Source: an uncultured Gemmatimonadales bacterium
GTDB lineage: Bacteria > Gemmatimonadota > Gemmatimonadetes > Palauibacterales > Palauibacteraceae
Direction of reading: 5' to 3'
NCBI GenBank assembly: GCA_963783385.1
Contig: CAWANJ010000009.1
Location: forward strand, 384,001 to 448,000
DNA length: 64,000 nucleotides
Position numbers and translations under genes: made by a program. Positions 51,764 through 61,546 of this stretch are shown in pieces. The notes beneath the pieces were generated by a model. It saw only the letters and a program-made list of their open reading frames with translations. It was not told where the DNA came from and made no database searches. How positions within the stretch are numbered: position 1 is the first letter of the stretch; every line of letters starts with the position of its first letter.

Positions 51764-53110
51764 ATGCAGGAAGGGATGACGGGCGCGGGGCACGTGCTGT
51801 TCGGCTGGAACGCGCTGGTGGTAGCGACGATCCTTTTCGGGCTCACCTACGTGGTGATCATGTCCGAGAAGATCAACCGGGCCATCGCGGCGCTGCTGGG
51901 CGGCGGGCTCATGATCCTCGCGGGCGTGCTCACGCAGGAGGCGGCGGTGCGGGGGGTGGACTTCAACGTGCTGGGGCTTCTGACGGGGATGATGGTGCTG
52001 GTGGCCATCACCCGGAAGACGGGCGTGTTCCAGTTCGTGGCCATCTGGTCGGCCAAGAAGGTGAACGCGCGGCCCATGGGCATCCTGCTCATGCTGTCCG
52101 TGGTCACGGCCGTGTTCTCGGCGCTCCTGGACAACGTGACCACGGTGCTGCTCATCGTGCCGGTCACCCTCCTCATCACCGAAGAGCTGCAGATCGACGC
52201 GTATCCGATCCTGGCGGCGGAGATCTTCTCGTCGAACATCGGGGGCACGGCCACCCTGATCGGCGACCCCCCCAACATCATGATCGGCTCGGCCGCGGGC
52301 CTCTCCTTCAACGACTTTCTCCTCAACGTGGCGCCCATCGTGCCCCTCGTCTTCGTGTTCACGGTGCTTCCTATCGCGTTCCTGTGGAGGAAGCGGCTGG
52401 TGACGACCGAGGAGCACCGGCAGCGCGTGCTGGAGTTCCGCGAGCGCGAGGCGATCACCAACCCCCGCCTGCTCAAGCGCTGCCTGTTCGTGCTCGGCCT
52501 GGTCCTCGTCGGCTTCCTGGTGCACGGGACGTTGCACCTGGAGCCGGCCACGATCGCGATGTTCGGGGCGGCGCTCCTCCTGCTGCTGGCCAACGTGGGC
52601 AAGGAGGCCGAGGAGCAGTCGAAGGCGGTGCACGAGGCGTTCGCCGAGGCCGAGTGGGTGACCCTGTTCTTCTTCGTCGGCCTGTTCATCCTGGTGGCCG
52701 GGGTCGAGAAGGCGGGGCTTCTGGAGATGCTGGCGAACGGCGTCCTGGACGTGACCCAGGGCAGCTTCCACGTGACCGCGTACGCGGTCCTGTGGGTGTC
52801 GGCCGTGGCCTCGGCCATCGTGGACAACATCCCGTTCGTGGCGGCCATGATCCCCGTGATCAAGGACATGGGGCCGGCCATGGGGGGACCCGAGCACCTG
52901 CGGACGCTGTGGTGGGCCCTGTCGCTGGGCGCCTGCCTGGGCGGCAACGGCACCCTGATCGGCGCCAGCGCCAACGTGGTGGTGGCCGGCTTCGCCGAGC
53001 GCGCCGGCGAGCCGATCCGCTTCATTCCGTTCCTGAAGGTCGCCGTCCCTGCCATGCTCATGTCCATAGCGATCAGCCACGTGTATCTCTACCTGCGTTA
53101 TCTGACCTGA
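51764..53110 (+). CDS. ArsB/NhaD (P-permease type) ion transporter, copy 2
   Basis: Paralog of 49747..51093 with the same conserved motifs. Confidence 0.9.
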   Translation: MQEGMTGAGHVLFGWNALVVATILFGLTYVVIMSEKINRAIAALLGGGLMILAGVLTQEAAVRGVDFNVLGLLTGMMVLVAITRKTGVFQFVAIWSAKKVNARPMGILLMLSVVTAVFSALLDNVTTVLLIVPVTLLITEELQIDAYPILAAEIFSSNIGGTATLIGDPPNIMIGSAAGLSFNDFLLNVAPIVPLVFVFTVLPIAFLWRKRLVTTEEHRQRVLEFREREAITNPRLLKRCLFVLGLVLVGFLVHGTLHLEPATIAMFGAALLLLLANVGKEAEEQSKAVHEAFAEAEWVTLFFFVGLFILVAGVEKAGLLEMLANGVLDVTQGSFHVTAYAVLWVSAVASAIVDNIPFVAAMIPVIKDMGPAMGGPEHLRTLWWALSLGACLGGNGTLIGASANVVVAGFAERAGEPIRFIPFLKVAVPAMLMSIAISHVYLYLRYLT

Positions 53111-53136
53111 GCCATCGCCCGACCGAGGAGAGAACC

Positions 53137-54060
53137 GTGCGCATCGGCGCCCGGAAGTCGAAGCTCGCGCGCGTGCAAGCCGAGTCCGTAGCCGACGCGC
53201 TCCGCCGCGCCCATCCGGGCATCGAGGTCGAGTGCGTGTGGCTCATGACAGAGGGCGACCGGGTCCTCGATCGGCCCCTGCCGGAGATCGGTGGCAAGGG
53301 GCTGTTCACGGCGCGGCTCGAGGCGGCCCTCGAGGCCGGCGAGATCGACCTGGCCGTCCACTCGCTCAAAGACCTTCCCACCCGGCTCGCCGAGGGTTTC
53401 AGGGTCGCGTGCGTGCCCGGACGCGAGGATCCACGCGACGTTCTCCTGGGCCCCGACGGACCCATGGCGCTGGAAGCGCTCCCGAGCGGCGCGATCGTGG
53501 GGACTTCCGCCCCCCGTCGAGTCGCGCAGCTCCGCGCCATGCGCTCCGACTGCCGGGTCCACGCCGTCCGGGGCAACGTCGGTACCCGGATCCGGAAGAT
53601 GCGAGAGGGCCGGGTCGACGCGCTGCTGCTGGCGGCCGCGGGTCTTCTGCGGCTTGGGCTTCTCGAGGCCCGAGCAACGGCCCTCCTCGAGCCTCCGGAG
53701 TGGCTTCCCGCTCCCGGTCAGGGGGCGCTGGCCATCGAGACGCGGAGCGACGACGAGGAGATCCTGCGGCTGGTCGAGCCGCTCGAGGATGCGACGGCTC
53801 GCGGGGCGGTCGAGGCCGAGCGTGCCCTGCTAGCGACCCTCGAGGGAGGCTGCCAGGTGCCCATCGGCGCCCTGGCGCGCCCCGCGGGAGACGGCCGGCT
53901 GCGCCTGGACGGCATCGTGGTGGCGGAGGATGGCTCGCGCTCCCTGCGGGCATCCGCCGAGGCGCCGCTGACGGAGGCGGCTGTCCTGGGCGCCTCGGTG
54001 GCCCGGGATCTCCTCGCCCGCGGCGCGGCCCGTCTCCTGTCGGCGCCCGCGTCCCGGTGA
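53137..54060 (+). CDS. hemC: Hydroxymethylbilane synthase
   Basis: [47 protein letters not shown]. Confidence 0.95.
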   Translation: MRIGARKSKLARVQAESVADALRRAHPGIEVECVWLMTEGDRVLDRPLPEIGGKGLFTARLEAALEAGEIDLAVHSLKDLPTRLAEGFRVACVPGREDPRDVLLGPDGPMALEALPSGAIVGTSAPRRVAQLRAMRSDCRVHAVRGNVGTRIRKMREGRVDALLLAAAGLLRLGLLEARATALLEPPEWLPAPGQGALAIETRSDDEEILRLVEPLEDATARGAVEAERALLATLEGGCQVPIGALARPAGDGRLRLDGIVVAEDGSRSLRASAEAPLTEAAVLGASVARDLLARGAARLLSAPASR

Positions 54061-55229
54061 CGGAGTCCGTACCCGCCGGAGCGGGACGGGCGCCCCGGGA
54101 CGGCATCCTCGATCGGCAGGCGGCGGTCCGTGCCCTGGCCCGGCCGCGCGACTTCCGACTCGTGTTCACGAACGGTTGCTTCGACCTTCTCCATGTCGGG
54201 CACGTGGAGAGCCTGCGGGTCGCCCGCTCCCTGGGTGACCGCCTGGTGGTCGGCCTGAACTCCGACGCGTCGGTGCGGCGCCTCAAGGGACCGGGCCGGC
54301 CCCTCGTTCCGGCCGGTGACCGGGCCCTGATCCTGGCCTCCCTGCGGTCCGTGGACGCCGTAGTCGTGTTCGAGGAGGACACCCCCGAGCAGCTGGTCCG
54401 TGACCTCCTGCCGGACGTGCTGGTCAAGGGGGCGGACTACGAGGGTGAGGAGGTGGCCGGCGCCGCCGCGGTTCGCGAGGCGGGCGGGGAGGTGCGCCTC
54501 CTGCCCCTCGTCCCCGGACGCTCCACGACCGCGCTGGTGCAGGAGATGGTGGCCCGCGGAGCGACCCTGACCGGAGGTGCGGCCGGAATGGACCGGCCGC
54601 ACCGGCCCGATCGTCTGCTGGTGGCGACCCGCAACCCGCACAAGCTGGACGAGATGCGGGAGCTCCTCGGCGACGTACCGACGCGGCTCCTCTCCCTGCA
54701 GGACGTGGGAGCCGAGCCGCTCGAGGAGGAGGCGAGGCTGGAGACGGCCGAGACCTTCGCGGGGAACGCGCTCGCCAAGGCGCTTCACTTCCAGGCTCGC
54801 ACCGGCATGACGACCCTGGCCGAGGACTCGGGCCTGTGCGTGGAGGCGCTCGGGCTGGGACCGGGGGTGCGGACGAAGCGCTTCGCACCCCCCGAATGGG
54901 CGAAGCGGTATGGCCGCGACGCCGCCAACAACCGGTGGCTGCTGGAGCGTATGCGGGGTGTGCCGCCCGCCGAGCGGGGGGCGTGCTATCGGTGCGCGGC
55001 CGTCGTGGTGGACGGGCGAGGGCGCCTGCTGGTGGAAGGGGAGGTGTGCGGTCGAATCGCCGAGGAACTGCGAGGGGATGGCGGGTTCGGCTACGATCCG
55101 CTGTTCCTCCTTCCCGAGCGCGGACACACGTTCGGCGAGCTCCCCCGGGACGTGAAGCAGGCGACGAGCCACCGCGCCCGCGCCATGGCCCGGCTCCGGG
55201 CCTGGCTCCTGGGGGGGGAGCCCGGCTGA
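54057..55229 (+). CDS. rfaE2/rdgB: In-frame fusion of heptose-1-phosphate adenylyltransferase (RfaE2) and non-canonical purine NTP pyrophosphatase (RdgB/HAM1)
   Basis: N-half [29 protein letters not shown]; C-half (from about 54588) ATRNPHK, EDSGL, GFGYDP, SHR. Confidence 0.85.
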   Translation: MTESVPAGAGRAPRDGILDRQAAVRALARPRDFRLVFTNGCFDLLHVGHVESLRVARSLGDRLVVGLNSDASVRRLKGPGRPLVPAGDRALILASLRSVDAVVVFEEDTPEQLVRDLLPDVLVKGADYEGEEVAGAAAVREAGGEVRLLPLVPGRSTTALVQEMVARGATLTGGAAGMDRPHRPDRLLVATRNPHKLDEMRELLGDVPTRLLSLQDVGAEPLEEEARLETAETFAGNALAKALHFQARTGMTTLAEDSGLCVEALGLGPGVRTKRFAPPEWAKRYGRDAANNRWLLERMRGVPPAERGACYRCAAVVVDGRGRLLVEGEVCGRIAEELRGDGGFGYDPLFLLPERGHTFGELPRDVKQATSHRARAMARLRAWLLGGEPG

Positions 55230-55297
55230 GGCGCCGCCCCGGACCGCGGTCGGGACCCCGACCGCATGGAAGGCGTGTGCTGACTCCGTAACAATAT

Positions 55298-56428
55298 TTA
55301 AAGCACGGTAGTATCTCCATCTATATGATGTGATATATCAGATGAAGGCGTTCCGGCCGAGCGTCCGCCCGCCTCGCCGTCTCGCGCGCCGTCGAGGTCG
55401 GTCCGAAGCCGCGGCAGGCACTGTGGATGGTGGGCCTGCAGGAAGTCCACGAGGCGCTCCCGGACGTGACAGCGGAGCTCCCAGGCCCGGCCCGCGTCGG
55501 AAGCGCTCATCAGGGCCCGCAGCTGGAGCGTGCGCTCGGTGGCGTCCGTGACCTGCAGGGCCCAGGCGCGCCCGTCCCACAGGTCGCTGGCCTCGAGGAC
55601 GCGATGGAGCTCCTCGCGCACCTTGTCGACCGGTACCGTGTAGTCGGCGAACAGGTAGGCCGTTCCCAGCAGCTGAGCCGAGGTGCGGGTCCAGTTCTGG
55701 AACGGCTTCTCGAGGAAGTACGAGGTGGGAACCACCAGCCGGCGCTCGTCCCAGATCCGGACGACGACGTAAGTGAGCCGGATCTCCTCGATGCGTCCCC
55801 ACTCGCCCTCCACGATCACCACGTCGTCGAGTCGAATCGGCTGGGTGATCGCCATCTGCAGGCCCGCCACCAGGTTGGACAGGGTCGGACGCGCTGCGAG
55901 TCCGACCACGATGCCGGCGACGCCGGCGGAGGCGAACAGGCTCACCCCCAGTCGCCGGATGTCCGGGAAGGTCATGAGCGCGGCCGACAGGCTCACGACG
56001 CCGACCACGATCCATGCGACCCTCCGCAGGATCTGGATCTGGGTCTGGACCTGCCGGGCGGCCAGGTTGTCGGGCACGTCGATTCGGTAGCGCCGCCCCA
56101 CGGCTTCGGCCACCGCGTCGACCACCGCCACCGCGAGCCACGCCAGGGCCCCGATCAAGAGGAGGGTCAGGATGTGGCCGGCCACGCGGACGGCCGCGTC
56201 CGGAAGCGGCAGGAGGGGCAGGGCGAGCCGGGCCGCCAGCGTTGCGAGGAGGAGGCCGGCGGGACGCGCCAGGTGGTGGAGGAGCGCCCCGGCGAACTCC
56301 CGGCCCTCCGCGCGGGACCAGCGCCGCGCCAGGAACCCGAGGGCCGCGTGCAGGAGGAGGCCGGCAGCCCCCGCCGCTGCGGCGAGGACGAGTGAGGCGA
56401 GCCACGGGTTTCCGTCCTGGAGCGTCAT
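55298..56428 (-). CDS. Small-conductance mechanosensitive channel (MscS family)
   Basis: ASAGVAGIVVGLAA, QPIRLDDVVIVEGEWGRIEEI, FQNWT. Confidence 0.9.
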   Translation of the reverse strand: MTLQDGNPWLASLVLAAAAGAAGLLLHAALGFLARRWSRAEGREFAGALLHHLARPAGLLLATLAARLALPLLPLPDAAVRVAGHILTLLLIGALAWLAVAVVDAVAEAVGRRYRIDVPDNLAARQVQTQIQILRRVAWIVVGVVSLSAALMTFPDIRRLGVSLFASAGVAGIVVGLAARPTLSNLVAGLQMAITQPIRLDDVVIVEGEWGRIEEIRLTYVVVRIWDERRLVVPTSYFLEKPFQNWTRTSAQLLGTAYLFADYTVPVDKVREELHRVLEASDLWDGRAWALQVTDATERTLQLRALMSASDAGRAWELRCHVRERLVDFLQAHHPQCLPRLRTDLDGARDGEAGGRSAGTPSSDISHHIDGDTTVL

Positions 56429-56472
56429 CGAACCCGATGGCCTTCAAGATCCGAACCGCCCCGCGCGGCGTG

Positions 56473-56501
56473 TTGACAGCCGCGGTTTCTGCAAGTACGC
56501 T
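56473..56501 (+). promoter_or_regulatory. Sigma70-type promoter implying a leaderless transcript at ATG 56508
   Basis: TTGACA, 17-bp spacer, TACGCT ending 6 nt before the ATG; no Shine-Dalgarno. Confidence 0.6.
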
Positions 56502-56507
56502 AACTGC

Positions 56508-56984
56508 ATGCGGTTGAGGAAAGGCCAGGTGGTCGGCACCGTGCTTTTCGGCGTGGTGGTCGTGGGAAGCCTGTGGATCATGGACCGCGCGGCCTACGGC
56601 CGGGCCGAGCGCCTCTATGGCCGGGTCGAGCGGGTGGCGCGCTCGGGAGAGAGCGAGCCCGGATTCGAGGTTGCGCACGAGGGCCACGTGGTCGTCGTGA
56701 GCGTAGCGGGCGTCCAGGCGGATCTGTGTAACGCGTTCACCGGCGGCCTGTGGTTCGGCTTCGTCATGCCGCGCTCGGAGAGCGTCCGGAAGCTCCACCC
56801 GGACGTCCGCTCCCGGTCCGGCTTCTGCGACAGGAGCGGAACGAACACGCTCCTGTTCCGGTTCCCGGAGGGGCAGGGGCCGGACGGAGCCGGTCGAGCT
56901 CCGCAACCGGGCCCGAAGGGCGCCGACTCCGGGGTCGGCGGCCCGGGGCTCACCAGCCTGTCCGGCGGGGGCCGGGCCGGCTAG
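56508..56984 (+). CDS. Hypothetical membrane-anchored protein with a C-terminal Cys pair (type IVb pilin-like head)
   Basis: Basic N-terminus plus hydrophobic helix; VSVAGVQADLC and FCDRSGTNTLLFRF. Confidence 0.55.
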   Translation: MRLRKGQVVGTVLFGVVVVGSLWIMDRAAYGRAERLYGRVERVARSGESEPGFEVAHEGHVVVVSVAGVQADLCNAFTGGLWFGFVMPRSESVRKLHPDVRSRSGFCDRSGTNTLLFRFPEGQGPDGAGRAPQPGPKGADSGVGGPGLTSLSGGGRAG

Positions 56985-57023
56985 CTTCCCACCCTCCGCG
57001 CGCTTCCCGCGGCGCGGATCCAT

Positions 57024-57097
57024 CGGGGCGTGGCGCAGTCCGGTAGCGCACCTGCTTTGGGAGCAGGGGGTCGCCGGTTCGAATCCGGCCGCCCCGA
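57024..57097 (+). tRNA. tRNA-Pro (UGG)
   Basis: CGGGGCG/CGCCCCG acceptor stem, CCTGC-TTTGGGA-GCAGG anticodon arm, GTTCGAATC T-loop; CCA not encoded. Confidence 0.96.
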
Positions 57098-57256
57098 CTG
57101 GACCCGCACGGTTCCGCCTGTGGAAGGTCGCGCGAATCGGCCGGGCTCCGTCCTCCTGGTCCGCCGGGTACGCCCGAAGCTGCCCCGAGCGAGTGCCCTC
57201 TGCAGCGAGGTGCGTCGTCCGGGGCGGGGAGCCCAAGGGCCGGGAGCACCACCGCC

Positions 57257-57560
57257 ATGGTGACGGCATGCGGGCAGTGCCACGTTGGTCCGCAGGCCGC
57301 CTGGGAGACGACGAAGGACTCGCGCTACCAGGACGTGCAGTGCGAGAGCTGCCACGGCGACGCCAACGCGGCGCGCTCGGCCCTGCTCACCAGGCTCTCG
57401 AGGGTGAGCGACCGGGCGGACACGCTCATGGCCATGCTCACGCGAATCGACCCGAACCTGGACGGGGCGGGCGGCCCGATCGACCCGAACGACAACACGC
57501 TGTCGGTGGCCGAGGGCGCGTTCTTCAACTACAAGCTGGCCAACTGGACGGCTCGATTCA
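57257..57560 (+). pseudogene. Remnant of a multiheme c-type cytochrome
   Basis: Two CXXCH motifs (CGQCH, CESCH); no signal peptide; no stop before running antisense into the hydrogenase operon; end approximate. Confidence 0.65.
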
Positions 57561-57607
57561 GGCGGGCGGTCCCACAGGGGCCGCCCGCCTCTTCATTTCG
57601 GCCTCTC

Positions 57608-58096
57608 TCAGCGGGACGAGAGCATCTCGAGGGTGTGAAGTTCGACGAGGGTGACCTCCAGCGCCCTGAGGACGCCCCGGCGCACCGGGGCCGACAGGCC
57701 CCGCCCGGGACCGAAGCGGGCGGCCTCGATTCCGACGACCACGAGCCGGTCGGGGAGCTGTCCCAGGACCTTCCCCAGCGCGATGATCTCCCCGAGTCCC
57801 AGGCCGTGGCTGGACGGGTGGGGCGGGGAGACGGGGAGGACGTCGCCAAGAGCGTCCAGCCGGTGCACGGTCCCCGGCGGGGCCCCCGAACACACGGCGT
57901 CAATGACCACGGCCAGAGGTGCGCCCGTCCACAGGTCGAGGAGATCGGCCTCCCGGCCCGGGAGAGCCGCCACCCGAACGTCGGGCGGCGCCAGGAGGGC
58001 CAGGAGGCGGACCGCCTCGAGGCCGGCAGCGTCGTCGCTCCGATCCGGCGACCCGAGTCCGACGACGAGCGCGCGCCCCGAGCTCGACCCGGGCAT
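57608..58096 (-). CDS. Hydrogenase maturation protease (HycI/HybD family)
   Basis: VVGLGSPDRSDDAAG, VVIDAV, SSHGLG; downstream of the large subunit. Confidence 0.88.
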   Translation of the reverse strand: MPGSSSGRALVVGLGSPDRSDDAAGLEAVRLLALLAPPDVRVAALPGREADLLDLWTGAPLAVVIDAVCSGAPPGTVHRLDALGDVLPVSPPHPSSHGLGLGEIIALGKVLGQLPDRLVVVGIEAARFGPGRGLSAPVRRGVLRALEVTLVELHTLEMLSSR

Positions 58097-58098
58097 GC

Positions 58099-59415
58099 TC
58101 ACGGCTCGCCGATCTCCAGCCGCAGAAAGTGGGTGGCGCACGAGATGCACGGGTCGTAGCTGCGCACCACCCGCTCGCAGGCGTGCTCCAGCTCCGGCCG
58201 CGGCAGGGCGAGCGACCGCTGGACGGTGGCCCGCAGGTCCTCCTCAATGACGCGCTGGTTCTGGGAGGTGGGCGGGATGATGCGCGCCACCCGGATCGCC
58301 CCGTCCTTGTCAAGGTCGTACCGGTGGTACAGGAGCCCGCGGGGCGCTTCGGTGCAGCCGTAGCCGGTGGCCTCCCGCGGCTCGACGCTCACGGCCGGGC
58401 GCGCGGGGGGCTCGTAGCTGCCGAGGATGCGCAGCGCCTCCTCGCACGCGTGCACGACTTCCACGGCTCGCACGACGATGCTCCGGTGCGGGTTCCGGCA
58501 CGCCGGCCCGAGCCGGGCATCCCTCGCCGCCTCGAGGGCGACGGGCGAGAGGCGCTCCGAGTTGAGCGCGTAGCGGGCCAGGGGGCCCGTGAGATAGGCG
58601 CCGCGCTCCTCAATGTGGGCCTGGAGGGCGTGAGTGTAGTCCGCCTGCTCCTCCGTGACGTGCGCCTCGAACTCGGATGGTTCAATGTCCAGTCCCGCCG
58701 TGGAGGCCGGGCGGCCCTCGTACATGGGGTACCGGTCCGGGTGGCGCAGCGCCACCAGCTCGCACTCCAGCTCCGACTCCGGCGCCTCGAAGCCCGCCAC
58801 CCAGCGCACGGTGTCGAGCGCGGCGTCTCTGGCCCGGAGGACCCGCTCCCTGAGCGCCGCCAGCTCGTCGAGGGCCGGCAGATGGAAGAAACCGCCCACC
58901 CGCACGTTCACCGGGTGGATCTCGCGGCCTCCCAGCAGGGTCACGATCTCGTTTCCCAACTTCTTGAGATCCAGACCTCGGCGCACCGCGTCCGGATGTT
59001 CCCGGGCCATGGCGATTCCGTCCTCGTAGCCCAGGAAGTCCGGAGCGTGCAGCATGTAGATGTGGAGGGCGTGGCTCTCGATCCACTCACCGCAGTAGAG
59101 CAGCCGGCGGAGCTCGCGGACCGGCTCGTCCACGCTCACGCCGCATGCGTCCTCCATCGCGCGGCACGCGCTCATCTGGTAAGCCACGGGGCAGATGCCG
59201 CAGATGCGTGCCGTGATGTCGGGCGCCTCGCTGAAGTCCCGGCCCCGGAGGAGCGCTTCGAACAGGCGCGGAGGCTCGAACAGCCTGAGCTGCGCCTCCA
59301 CGACCTGGCCTCCTTCCACCCGGACGTACACGGACCCGTGCCCTTCCACGCGGGCCAGACCGTCGATCCGGATCGTCCGGGTCCGGCGATCGGAGCGGCC
59401 GGGACGCTCAGCCAT
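58099..59415 (-). CDS. hydA: Group 3b [NiFe]-hydrogenase (sulfhydrogenase) large/alpha subunit
   Basis: ARVEGHG, L1 [22 protein letters not shown]2 DPCISCATH plus a short cleavable tail. Confidence 0.93.
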   Translation of the reverse strand: MAERPGRSDRRTRTIRIDGLARVEGHGSVYVRVEGGQVVEAQLRLFEPPRLFEALLRGRDFSEAPDITARICGICPVAYQMSACRAMEDACGVSVDEPVRELRRLLYCGEWIESHALHIYMLHAPDFLGYEDGIAMAREHPDAVRRGLDLKKLGNEIVTLLGGREIHPVNVRVGGFFHLPALDELAALRERVLRARDAALDTVRWVAGFEAPESELECELVALRHPDRYPMYEGRPASTAGLDIEPSEFEAHVTEEQADYTHALQAHIEERGAYLTGPLARYALNSERLSPVALEAARDARLGPACRNPHRSIVVRAVEVVHACEEALRILGSYEPPARPAVSVEPREATGYGCTEAPRGLLYHRYDLDKDGAIRVARIIPPTSQNQRVIEEDLRATVQRSLALPRPELEHACERVVRSYDPCISCATHFLRLEIGEP

Positions 59416-60190
59416 CGGACTCCGCCTCCGCCTGCGCCCGGAAGGCGGGCGCGTCGGCGTTGTAGGTGCGCAGGGCCCGGACCACCTCCTCCGGGGTCGC
59501 CCCCAGCCGTTCGCGCCACCACCCGGCCAGGGAGGGCAGGTTGGGCGTTTCCTTGGGACCGAAGCAGCCGTAGCAGCCGCGATCATAGGCGGGGCACAGC
59601 GCCCCGCAACCGGCCTGCGTGACCGGGCCGAGGCAGGGGACCCCGCGGGCGACCATGACGCATGCCGTGCCGCGGCGCTTGCACTCCACGCACACGGAGT
59701 GGGGGCGGACGGCGGGATCCCGGCCGGCCAGGAAGGCCCCGATCACCTCCAGGAGCTGGGTCTTCGAGATCGGACAGCCGCGCAGCTCGAAGTCCACCGG
59801 CACGTGATCGGAGATGGCGGTCGAGGTGGCCAGCGTGTCGATGTACTCCGGCCGAGGATAGACCGCCGAGACGAAGGAGTCCCGGTCGCCGAAGTTGCGG
59901 AGCGCCTGGATCCCGCCCGCCGTGGCGCAGGCTCCAATGGCCACCAGGTGGCGCGAGACGCGGCGGATCCGCTTGAGCTTCTCGACATCCTCGGTGGACG
60001 TGATCGAGCCTTCGACCAGGGACAGGTCGTAGGGCCCGCGCAGCACGGCGCTGCTCGCCTCCGGGAAGTGGGCCAGCCTGACCCGGTCGGACAGGGCGAG
60101 GAGCTCGTCCTCGCAATCCAGCAACGTGAGCTGGCAGCCATCGCACGAGGCGAACTTCCACACGGCGAGCTTCGGCATCGGACGTGGCAT
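59408..60190 (-). CDS. hydD: Group 3b hydrogenase small/delta subunit
   Basis: [38 protein letters not shown]. Confidence 0.92.
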   Translation of the reverse strand: MPRPMPKLAVWKFASCDGCQLTLLDCEDELLALSDRVRLAHFPEASSAVLRGPYDLSLVEGSITSTEDVEKLKRIRRVSRHLVAIGACATAGGIQALRNFGDRDSFVSAVYPRPEYIDTLATSTAISDHVPVDFELRGCPISKTQLLEVIGAFLAGRDPAVRPHSVCVECKRRGTACVMVARGVPCLGPVTQAGCGALCPAYDRGCYGCFGPKETPNLPSLAGWWRERLGATPEEVVRALRTYNADAPAFRAQAEAESDG

Positions 60191-60191
60191 G

Positions 60192-61058
60192 TCAGAGCTC
60201 CCGGATCCGGAGCAGCGGCTCGATCCGGGACAGGGAATACACCGGCCCGTCCCGGCAAATGAGCTCCCCGCCCAGCTGGCAGTGCCCGCACAGCCCGATG
60301 CCGCACCGCATGTTTCGCTCGAGCGAGACGTAGGTGCGCTCCGCCGGAAGCCCGCGGCGGCCCAGCTCCCGGCCGACGTACCGCATCATGACCTCGGGGC
60401 CGCACAGCAGGGCCACGCAGTCCTCCGGCTCAATGGGTGCGTAATCGAGAAGCTGGGTCACCACGCCCACGTGGCCCCTCCACGGGCCGACGGCGTGGTC
60501 CACCGTGATCTCGACCTCCACGTCGTAGCGGGCCCTCCAGCGCCGGAGGTCGTCGGCGAACACGAGGCCGCGGGGGGAGCGCGCGCCGTACAGGAGGCTT
60601 ACGCGACCGAAGCGGCTCCGCTCCCCCAGGATCCGGCAGAAGGCCGACCGGAGGGGGGCGAGTCCGACGCCGCCCGCCACGAGCAGCACGTCGTGCCCCG
60701 CCGCCTGGTCGATCGGCCACGCGTTCCCGAACGGTCCGCGCACGCCGAGGAGGTCGCCTCGTCGGAGCGCGCAAAGCGCGCGCGTCACCGCACCCACCGC
60801 CCGCACCGTGTGCGCGAGGAGGCCGGGCGGCCCCGTCGGATCCCCGCTGATCGAGATGGGAGCTTCGCCGACCCCGAACACGTACAGCATGTTGAATTGC
60901 CCGGGGGCGTACGTTCTCTGCCCGTCGCCGTCCACGGGTTCGAGCTCCAGCGTCCAGGTGTCCGGCGTCTCCTGGCGCGTTCGACGCACCCGGTGGATGG
61001 CCGGCACCATCGGGTCCGGAGGGGCCGCGTCGTCGGGCGTCCGCACGAGGTCGCTCAT
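60192..61058 (-). CDS. hydG: Group 3b hydrogenase gamma subunit (FAD/NAD(P)-binding, 2Fe-2S)
   Basis: [41 protein letters not shown]. Confidence 0.92.
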   Translation of the reverse strand: MSDLVRTPDDAAPPDPMVPAIHRVRRTRQETPDTWTLELEPVDGDGQRTYAPGQFNMLYVFGVGEAPISISGDPTGPPGLLAHTVRAVGAVTRALCALRRGDLLGVRGPFGNAWPIDQAAGHDVLLVAGGVGLAPLRSAFCRILGERSRFGRVSLLYGARSPRGLVFADDLRRWRARYDVEVEITVDHAVGPWRGHVGVVTQLLDYAPIEPEDCVALLCGPEVMMRYVGRELGRRGLPAERTYVSLERNMRCGIGLCGHCQLGGELICRDGPVYSLSRIEPLLRIREL

Positions 61059-61078
61059 CGAGGGGTCTCTTCGGCCCG

Positions 61079-61546
61079 CTACCGCGCCCGCACGCCGCCG
61101 TACACGTCCAGGAGCTGGACGCTGGCCGCCTCGAGGCGCTGCATCATCACGCCGGTCACCCGCTTGAGGAGGTCGTAGCCCAGGCGGGCGTCGGCCTCGC
61201 ACTTGTCCCTCAGACAGGCCCCGTCGAACACCAGCGCGCGTGTGAGCTCCAGGGCCCTCGCATCGAAGACCCAGCGGTAGGGCGGCATGAGCCAGGAGAA
61301 GCCCAGCACCTCGCCCTCGCCGGCGCTGAGGACCGTGATCGTCCCTCGGGCCGGATCGTGGACCTCCACCACCGCGCGACCGCTTCGCAGGAGGTAGAAG
61401 CGATCGGCCGGCTCGCCCTCGCGGAAGAGGTAGTCCCCGGCCTCGAATCGCGCGTTGGTCCCGCAGCCCGCGATCAGGGCCAGGTCCTTCGGCTCCATGC
61501 CCGCGAAGAATGGATGTTCTGCCAGGAGCTGCTCGAGTCCCTTCAA
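61079..61546 (-). CDS. Stand-alone cyclic-nucleotide-binding (CAP_ED) domain protein
   Basis: [32 protein letters not shown]; no C-terminal HTH; TTG start overlaps the beta-subunit stop. Confidence 0.85.
   Translation of the reverse strand: MKGLEQLLAEHPFFAGMEPKDLALIAGCGTNARFEAGDYLFREGEPADRFYLLRSGRAVVEVHDPARGTITVLSAGEGEVLGFSWLMPPYRWVFDARALELTRALVFDGACLRDKCEADARLGYDLLKRVTGVMMQRLEAASVQLLDVYGGVRAR

Larger units (their letters stand above)
49275..53110 (+). repeat. Direct tandem duplication of an approximately 1.82-kb CBS plus permease unit, offset 2017 bp
   Basis: 49275-51093 vs 51292-53110; identical gene lengths (152 aa and 448 aa) and long identical DNA blocks. Confidence 0.95.

Noticed and set aside
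55283-55312. Chromosomal dif site
   Set aside because: No match to the XerD arm TTATGTTAAAT in 11-6-11 geometry; kept only as an unexplained AT-rich patch
57561-58159. C-terminal two-thirds of ORF 57257..58159 as a real cytochrome domain
   Set aside because: It is the antisense shadow of the hydrogenase protease and the large-subunit end
58099-59415. Possible [NiFeSe] hydrogenase, given selB and selC nearby
   Set aside because: The L2 motif is DPCISC with Cys codons and there is no in-frame UGA
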